Of a DNA stretch of 64,000 bases, positions 54,701-64,000 are shown piece by piece. Under the pieces are notes generated by a model. It made no database searches, had not been told where the DNA came from, and saw nothing but the letters and a program-made list of their open reading frames with translations. This DNA comes from Auanema rhodensis (Eukaryota; Animalia; Nematoda): the NCBI GenBank assembly GCA_964057225.1, contig OZ059900.1:24428001-24492000 (forward strand), in the 5' to 3' direction. Position numbers and translations under genes: made by a program. Each line of letters begins with the position of its first letter. The stretch's first letter is position 1.

Positions 54701-57700
54701 TATGAGTCGTCAAATGCAACGAATTTCAGCGTGTTACATACTAAAATGAAGCATTTCACATGCTGAACACTAGAAAAATACAAAAACACAGTAATACCCA
54801 TGAGAAATATTTTATTATGCTGGAAAACCAGTTTTTGGAAATTTCGCTGTAAACAAGGTTTTGACTTACGATTTCATGTGTTCAAACTCATGCAATGTCA
54901 ATGAAACCTAGCTCAAAATTGTTCGTACAACGTCTGGTTCCACTTTCACGACAAAAAAACAGGGGTTAGAAAATTAAGGAAATTAGCATATTCTGAGGGC
55001 ACGCCCCTTATGGCTAATATTGATTAAATCGATTTTTGTTCATATGAGTCGTCAAATGCAACGAATTTCAGCGTGTTACATACTAAAATGAAGCATTTCA
55101 CATGCTGAACACTAGAAAAATACAAAAACACAGTATTTCCCATGAGAAATATTTTATTATGCTGGAAAACCAGTTTTTGGAAATTTCGCTGTAAACAAGG
55201 TTTTGACTTACGATTTCATGTGTTCAAACTCATGCAATGTCAATGAAACCTAGCTCAAAATTGTTCCTACAACGTCTAGTTCCACTTTCACGACAAAAAA
55301 ACAGGGGTTAGAAAATTTAGGAAATTAGCATATTCTGAGGGCACGCCCCTTATGGCTAATATTGATTAAATCGATTTTTGTTCATATGAGTCGTCAAATG
55401 CAACGAATTTCAGCGTGTTACATACTAAAATGAAGCATTTTACATGCTGAACACTAGAAAAATACAAAAACACAGTATTTCCCATGAGAAATATTTTATT
55501 ATGCTGGAAAACCAGTTTTTGGAAATTTCGCTGTAAACAAGGTTTTGACTTACGATTTCATGTGTTCAAACTCATGCAATGTCAATGAAACCTAGCTCAA
55601 AATTGTTCCTACAACGTCTAGTTCCACTTTCACGACAAAAAAACAGGGGTTAGAAAATTAAGGAAATTAGCATATTCTGAGGGCACGCCCTTTATGGCTA
55701 ATATTGATTAAATCGATTTTTGTTCATATGAGTCGTCAAATGCAACGAATTTCAGCGTGTTACATACTAAAATGAAGCATTTCACATGCTGAACACTAGA
55801 AAAATACAAAAACACAGTAATACCCATGAGAAATATTTTATTATGCTGGAAAACCAGTTTTTGGAAATTTCGCTGTAAACAAGGTTTTGACTTACGATTT
55901 CATGTGTTCAAACTCATGCAATGTCAATGAAACCTAGCTCAAAATTGTTCGTACAACGTCTGGTTCCACTTTCACGACAAAAAAACAGGGGTTAGAAAAT
56001 TAAGGAAATTAGCATATTCTGAGGGCACGCCCCTTATGGCTAATATTGATTAAATCGATTTTTGTTCATATGAGTCGTCAAATGCAACGAATTTCAGCGT
56101 GTTACATACTAAAATGAAGCATTTTACATGCTGAACACTAGAAAAATACAAAAACACAGTATTTCCCATGAGAAATATTTTATTATGCTGGAAAACCAGT
56201 TTTTGGAAATTTCGCTGTAAACAAGGTTTTGACTTACGATTTCATGTGTTCAAACTCATGCAATGTCAATGAAACCTAGCTCAAAATTGTTCGTACAACG
56301 TCTAGTTCCACTTTCACGACAAAAAAACAGGGGTTAGAAAATTAAGGAAATTAGCATATTCTGAGGGCACGCCCTTTATGGCTAATATTGATTAAATCGA
56401 TTTTTGTTCATATGAGTCGTCAAATGCAACGAATTTCAGCGTGTTACATACTAAAATGAAGCATTTCACATGCTGAATACTAGAAAAATACAAAAACACA
56501 GTAATACCCATGAGAAATATTTTATTATGCTGGAAAACCAGTTTTTGGAAATTTCGCTGTAAACAAGGTTTTGACTTACGATTTCATGTGTTCAAACTCA
56601 TGCAATGTCAATGAAACCTAGCTCAAAATTGTTCGTACAACGTCTGGTTCCACTTTCACGACAAAAAAACAGGGGTTAGAAAATTAAGGAAATTAGCATA
56701 TTCTGAGGGCACGCCCCTTATGGCTAATATTGATTAAATCGATTTTTGTTCATATGAGTCGTCAAATGCAACGAATTTCAGCGTGTTACATACTAAAATG
56801 AAGCATTTTACATGCTGAACACTAGAAAAATACAAAAACACAGTATTTCCCATGAGAAATATTTTATTATGCTGGAAAACCAGTTTTTGGAAATTTCGCT
56901 GTAAACAAGGTTTTGACTTACGATTTCATGTGTTCAAACTCATGCAATGTCAATGAAACCTAGCTCAAAATTGTTCGTACAACGTCTAGTTCCACTTTCA
57001 CGACAAAAAAACAGGGGTTAGAAAATTAAGGAAATTAGCATATTCTGAGGGCACGCCCTTTATGGCTAATATTGATTAAATCGATTTTTGTTCATATGAG
57101 TCGTCAAATGCAACGAATTTCAGCGTGTTACATACTAAAATGAAGCATTTTACATGCTGAACACTAGAAAAATACAAAAACACAGTATTTCCCATGAGAA
57201 ATATTTTATTATGCTGGAAAACCAGTTTTTGGAAATTTCGCTGTAAACAAGGTTTTGACTTACGATTTCATGTGTTCAAACTCATGCAATGTCAATGAAA
57301 CCTAGCTCAAAATTGTTCGTACAACGTCTAGTTCCACTTTCACGACTAAAAAACAGGGGTTAGAAAATTAAGGAAATTAGCATATTCTGAGGGCACGCCC
57401 CTTATGGCTAATATTGATTAAATCGATTTTTGTTCATATGAGTCGTCAAATGCAACGAATTTCAGCGTGTTACATACTAAAATGAAGCATTTCACATGCT
57501 GAACACTAGAAAAATACAAAAACACAGTATTTCCCATGAGAAATATTTTATTATGCTGGAAAACCAGTTTTTGGAAATTTCGCTGTAAACAAGGTTTTGA
57601 CTTACGATTTCATGTGTTCAAACTCATGCAATGTCAATGAAACCTAGCTCAAAATTGTTCGTACAACGTCTGGTTCCACTTTCACGACTAAAAAAAAACA

Positions 57701-60700
57701 GGGGTTAGAAAATTAAGGAAATTAGCATATTCTGAGGGCACGCCCCTTATGGCTAATATTGATTAAATCGATTTTTGTTCATATGAGTCGTCAAATGCAA
57801 CGAATTTCAGCGTGTTACATACTAAAATGAAGCATTTTACATGCTGAACACTAGAAAAAAACAAAAACACAGTATTTCCCATGAGAAATATTTTATTATG
57901 CTGGAAAACCAGTTTTTGGAAATTTCGCTGTAAACAAGGTTTTGACTTACGATTTCATGTGTTCAAACTCATGCAATGTCAATGAAACCTAGCTCAAAAT
58001 TGTTCCTACAACGTCTAGTTCCACTTTCACGACAAAAAAACAGGGGTTAGAAAATTAAGGAAATTAGCATATTCTGAGGGCACGCCCCTTATGGCTAATA
58101 TTGATTAAATCGATTTTTGTTCATATGAGTCGTCAATTGCAACGAATTTCAGCGTGTTACATACTAAAATGAAGCATTTTACATGCTGAACACTAGAAAA
58201 ATACAAAAACACAGTAATACCCATGAGAAATATTTTATTATGCTGGAAAACCAGTTTTTGGAAATTTCGCTGTAAACAAGGTTTTGACTTACGATTTCAT
58301 GTGTTCAAACTCATGCAATGTCAATGAAACCTAGCTCAAAATTGTTAATACAATGTCTAGTTCCACTTTCACGACAAAAAAACAGGGGTTAGAAAATTAA
58401 GGAAATTAGCATATTCTGAGGGCACGCCCTTTATGGCTAATATTGATTAAATCGATTTTTGTTCATATGAGTCGTCAAATGCAACGAATTTCAGCGTGTT
58501 ACATACTAAAATGAAGCATTTTACATGCTGAACACTAGAAAAATACAAAAACACAGTATTTCCCATGAGAAATATTTTATTATGCTGGAAAACCAGTTTT
58601 TGGAAATTTCGCTGTAAACAAGGTTTTGACTTACGATTTCATGTGTTCAAACTCATGCAATGTCAATGAAACCTAGCTCAAAATTGTTAATACAATGTTT
58701 AGTTCCACTTTCACGACAAAAAAACAGGGGTTAGAAAATTAAGGAAATTAGCATATTCTGAGGGCACGCCCTTTATGGCTAATATTGATTAAATCGATTT
58801 TTGTTCATATGAGTCGTCAATTGCAACGAATTTCAGCGTGTTACATACTAAAATGAAGCATTTTACATGCTGAACACTAGAAAAATACAAAAACACAGTA
58901 TTTCCCATGAGAAATATTTTATTATGCTGGAAAACCAGTTTTTGGAAATTTCGCTGTAAACAAGGTTTTGACTTACGATTTCATGTGTTCAAACTCATGC
59001 AATGTCAATGAAACCCAGCTCAAAATTGTTCCTACAACGTCTTGTTCCACTTTCACGACAAAAAAACAGGGGTTAGAAAATTAAGGAAATTAGCATATTC
59101 TGAGGGCACGCCCCTTATGGCTAATATTGATTAAATCGATTTTTGTTCATATGAGTCGTCAAATGCAACGAATTTCAGCGTGTTACATACTAAAATGAAG
59201 CATTTTACATGCTGAACACTAGAAAAATACAAAAACACAGTATTTCCCATGAGAAATATTTTATTATGCTGGAAAACCAGTTTTTGGAAATTTCGCTGTA
59301 AACAAGGTTTTGACTTACGATTTCATGTGTTCAAACTCATGCAATGTCAATGAAACCTAGCTCAAAATTGTTCGTACAACGTCTAGTTCCACTTTCACGA
59401 CAAAAAAACAGGGGTTAGAAAATTAAGGAAATTAGCATATTCTGAGGGCACGCCCCTTATGGCTAATATTGATTAAATCGATTTTTGTTCATATGAGTCG
59501 TCAAATGCAACGAATTTCAGCGTGTTACATACTAAAATGAAGCATTTTACATGCTGAACACTAGAAAAATACAAAAACACAGTATTTCCCATGAGAAATA
59601 TTTTATTATGCTGGAAAACCAGTTTTTGAAAATTTCGCTGTAAACAAGGTTTTGACTTACGATTTCATGTGTTCAAACTCATGCAATGTCAATGAAACCT
59701 AGCTCAAAATTGTTCCTACAACGTCTAGTTCCACTTTCACGACAAAAAAACAGGGGTTAGAAAATTAAGGAAATTAGCATATTCTGAGGGCACGCCCTTT
59801 ATGGCTAATATTGATTAAATCGATTTTTGTTCATATGAGTCGTCAAATGCAACGAATTTCAGCGTGTTACATACTAAAATGAAGCATTTTACATGCTGAA
59901 CACTAGAAAAATACAAAAACACAGTATTTCCCATGAGAAATATTTTATTATGCTGGAAAACCAGTTTTTGGAAATTTCGCTGTAAACAAGGTTTTGACTT
60001 ACGATTTCATGTGTTCAAACTCATGCAATGTCAATGAAACCTAGCTCAAAATTGTTCCTACAACGTCTAGTTCCACTTTCATGACAAAAAAACAGGGGTT
60101 AGAAAATTAAGGAAATTAGCATATTCTGAGGGCACGCCCCTTATGGCTAATATTGATTAAATCGATTTTTGTTCATATGAGTCGTCAAATGCAACGAATT
60201 TCAGCGTGTTACATACTAAAATGAAGCATTTCACATGCTGAACACTAGAAAAATACAAAAACACAGTAATACCCATGAGAAATATTTTATTATGCTGGAA
60301 AACCAGTTTTTGGAAATTTCGCTGTAAACAAGGTTTTGACTTACGATTTCATGTGTTCAAACTCATGCAATGTCAATGAAACCTAGCTCAAAATTGTTCG
60401 TACAACGTCTGGTTCCACTTTCACGACAAAAAAACAGGGGTTAGAAAATTAAGGAAATTAGCATATTCTGAGGGCACGCCCCTTATGGCTAATATTGATT
60501 AAATCGATTTTTGTTCATATGAGTCGTCAAATGCAACGAATTTCAGCGTGTTACATACTAAAATGAAGCATTTCACATGCTGAACACTAGAAAAATACAA
60601 AAACACAGTATTTCCCATGAGAAATATTTTATTATGCTGGAAAACCAGTTTTTGGAAATTTCGCTGTAAACAAGGTTTTGACTTACGATTTCATGTGTTC

Positions 60701-63700
60701 AAACTCATGCAATGTCAATGAAACCTAGCTCAAAATTGTTCGTACAACGTCTAGTTCCACTTTCACGACAAAAAAACAGGGGTTAGAAAATTAAGGAAAT
60801 TAGCATATTCTGAGGGCACGCCCCTTATGGCTAATATTGATTAAATCGATTTTTGTTCATATGAGTCGTCAAATGCAACGAATTTCAGCGTGTTACATAC
60901 TAAAATGAAGCATTTTACATGCTGAACACTAGAAAAATACAAAAACACAGTATTTCCCATGAGAAATATTTTATTATGCTGGAAAACCAGTTTTTGGAAA
61001 TTTCGCTGTAAACAAGGTTTTGACTTACGATTTCATGTGTTCAAACTCATGCAATGTCAATGAAACCTAGCTCAAAATTGTTCCTACAACGTCTAGTTCC
61101 ACTTTCACGACAAAAAAACAGGGGTTAGAAAATTAAGGAAATTAGCATATTCTGAGGGCACGCCCTTTATGGCTAATATTGATTAAATCGATTTTTGTTC
61201 ATATGAGTCGTCAAATGCAACGAATTTCAGCGTGTTACATACTAAAATGAAGCATTTCACATGCTGAACACTAGAAAAATACAAAAACACAGTAATACCC
61301 ATGAGAAATATTTTATTATGCTGGAAAACCAGTTTTTGGAAATTTCGCTGTAAACAAGGTTTTGACTTACGATTTCATGTGTTCAAACTCATGCAATGTC
61401 AATGAAACCTAGCTCAAAATTGTTCGTACAACGTCTGGTTCCACTTTCACGACAAAAAAACAGGGGTTAGAAAATTAAGGAAATTAGCATATTCTGAGGG
61501 CACGCCCCTTATGGCTAATATTGATTAAATCGATTTTTGTTCATATGAGTCGTCAAATGCAACGAATTTCAGCGTGTTACATACTAAAATGAAGCATTTT
61601 ACATGCTGAACACTAGAAAAATACAAAAACACAGTATTTCCCATGAGAAATATTTTATTATGCTGGAAAACCAGTTTTTGGAAATTTCGCTGTAAACAAG
61701 GTTTTGACTTACGATTTCATGTGTTCAAACTCATGCAATGTCAATGAAACCTAGCTCAAAATTGTTCGTACAACGTCTAGTTCCACTTTCACGACAAAAA
61801 AACAGGGGTTAGAAAATTAAGGAAATTAGCATATTCTGAGGGCACGCCCCTTATGGCTAATATTGATTAAATCGATTTTTGTTCATATGAGTCGTCAAAT
61901 GCAACGAATTTCAGCGTGTTACATACTAAAATGAAGCATTTTACATGCTGAACACTAGAAAAATACAAAAACACAGTAATACCCATGAGAAATATTTTAT
62001 TATGCTGGAAAACCAGTTTTTGGAAATTTCGCTGTAAACAAGGTTTTGACTTACGATTTCATGTGTTCAAACTCATGCAATGTCAATGAAACCTAGCTCA
62101 AAATTGTTAATACAATGTCTAGTTCCACTTTCACGACAAAAAAACAGGGGTTAGAAAATTAAGGAAATTAGCATATTCTGAGGGCACGCCCTTTATGGCT
62201 AATATTGATTAAATCGATTTTTGTTCATATGAGTCGTCAAATGCAACGAATTTCAGCGTGTTACATACTAAAATGAAGCATTTTACATGCTGAACACTAG
62301 AAAAATACAAAAACACAGTATTTCCCATGAGAAATATTTTATTATGCTGGAAAACCAGTTTTTGGAAATTTCGCTGTAAACAAGGTTTTGACTTACGATT
62401 TCATGTGTTCAAACTCATGCAATGTCAATGAAACCTAGCTCAAAATTGTTCGTACAACGTCTAGTTCCACTTTCACGACTAAAAAACAGGGGTTAGAAAA
62501 TTAAGGAAATTAGCATATTCTGAGGGCACGCCCCTTATGGCTAATATTGATTAAATCGATTTTTGTTCATATGAGTCGTCAAATGCAACGAATTTCAGCG
62601 TGTTACATACTAAAATGAAGCATTTCACATGCTGAACACTAGAAAAATACAAAAACACAGTATTTCCCATGAGAAATATTTTATTATGCTGGAAAACCAG
62701 TTTTTGGAAATTTCGCTGTAAACAAGGTTTTGACTTACGATTTCATGTGTTCAAACTCATGCAATGTCAATGAAACCTAGCTCAAAATTGTTCGTACAAC
62801 GTCTGGTTCCACTTTCACGACTAAAAAAAAACAGGGGTTAGAAAATTAAGGAAATTAGCATATTCTGAGGGCACGCCCCTTATGGCTAATATTGATTAAA
62901 TCGATTTTTGTTCATATGAGTCGTCAAATGCAACGAATTTCAGCGTGTTACATACTAAAATGAAGCATTTTACATGCTGAACACTAGAAAAAAACAAAAA
63001 CACAGTATTTCCCATGAGAAATATTTTATTATGCTGGAAAACCAGTTTTTGGAAATTTCGCTGTAAACAAGGTTTTGACTTACGATTTCATGTGTTCAAA
63101 CTCATGCAATGTCAATGAAACCTAGCTCAAAATTGTTCGTACAACGTCTAGTTCCACTTTCACGACAAAAAAACAGGGGTTAGAAAATTAAGGAAATTAG
63201 CATATTCTGAGGGCACGCCCCTTATGGCTAATATTGATTAAATCGATTTTTGTTCATATGAGTCGTCAAATGCAACGAATTTCAGCGTGTTACATACTAA
63301 AATGAAGCATTTTACATGCTGAACACTAGAAAAATACAAAAACACAGTAATACCCATGAGAAATATTTTATTATGCTGGAAAACCAGTTTTTGGAAATTT
63401 CGCTGTAAACAAGGTTTTGACTTACGATTTCATGTGTTCAAACTCATGCAATGTCAATGAAACCTAGCTCAAAATTGTTAATACAATGTCTAGTTCCACT
63501 TTCACGACAAAAAAACAGGGGTTAGAAAATTAAGGAAATTAGCATATTCTGAGGGCACGCCCTTTATGGCTAATATTGATTAAATCGATTTTTGTTCATA
63601 TGAGTCGTCAAATGCAACGAATTTCAGCGTGTTACATACTAAAATGAAGCATTTTACATGCTGAACACTAGAAAAATACAAAAACACAGTATTTCCCATG

Positions 63701-64000
63701 AGAAATATTTTATTATGCTGGAAAACCAGTTTTTGGAAATTTCGCTGTAAACAAGGTTTTGACTTACGATTTCATGTGTTCAAACTCATGCAATGTCAAT
63801 GAAACCTAGCTCAAAATTGTTCGTACAACGTCTAGTTCCACTTTCACGACAAAAAAACAGGGGTTAGAAAATTAAGGAAATTAGCATATTCTGAGGGCAC
63901 GCCCTTTATGGCTAATATTGATTAAATCGATTTTTGTTCATATGAGTCGTCAAATGCAACGAATTTCAGCGTGTTACATACTAAAATGAAGCATTTCACA
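42754..64000 (-). repeat. Same 342-bp satellite, reverse-complement orientation domain (~62 monomers)
   Basis: From 42754 the sequence reads TTTCAGCGTGTTACATACTAAAATGAAGC, the reverse complement of monomer position 219 downward. CAGCGTGTTAC recurs at 42757, 43099, 43441, 46861, 50281, 53701, 57121, 62941 and 63967. The period is 342 apart from two +3 A-tract expansions near 57689 and 62822. Confidence 0.99.
53340..63624 (-). repeat. 15-16-monomer higher-order duplication in the inverted domain
   Basis: The markers CAATTG, AAACCCAGC, GTCTTG and TTGAAAA recur at an offset of 5475 bp (e.g. 53541 and 59016). GACT(A)9 followed by GAAAAAAAC recurs at an offset of 5133 bp (57689 and 62822). Confidence 0.85.

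Noticed and set aside
1-64000. Tandem-repeat protein-coding gene (342 is divisible by 3)
   Set aside because: All six frames contain a stop within each monomer (e.g. TAG at 7-9, TGA at 53-55 and TAG at 33-35 on +, plus stops in all three reverse frames), and 1-bp indels occur.
1-64000. CRISPR array or other repeat-spacer system
   Set aside because: There are no unique spacers. The whole 342 bp is repeated head to tail, and there are no cas or other genes.

Overview
The whole 64 kb window is one AT-rich (~34% GC, hand count) tandem satellite with a 342-bp monomer (TGGAACTAGACGTTGTAGG...CCCCTGTTTTTTTGTCGTGAAAG). Copies typically differ at 0-5 positions. I found no genes, RNA genes, CRISPR arrays or transposons, and all six reading frames hit a stop within each monomer. 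The array has two domains in opposite orientation. Positions 1-42738 hold 124 complete monomers plus one truncated at monomer position 334 on the + strand. Positions 42754-64000 hold about 62 monomers on the - strand. The junction carries a 19-bp locally templated duplication with 1-bp and 3-bp microhomologies, which resembles polymerase-theta end joining or template switching. It leaves a giant imperfect palindrome with arms of at least 21 kb and a 130-bp spacer. The two domains carry largely different sets of variants and their own irregular higher-order repeats, so the inverted arm is not a simple fold-back copy. The monomer appears to be an ancient dimer of ~171-bp subunits and is rich in dyad symmetries. 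This looks like eukaryotic (peri)centromeric or heterochromatic satellite DNA, but I cannot name the organism or family. All monomer typing and counts were done by eye.
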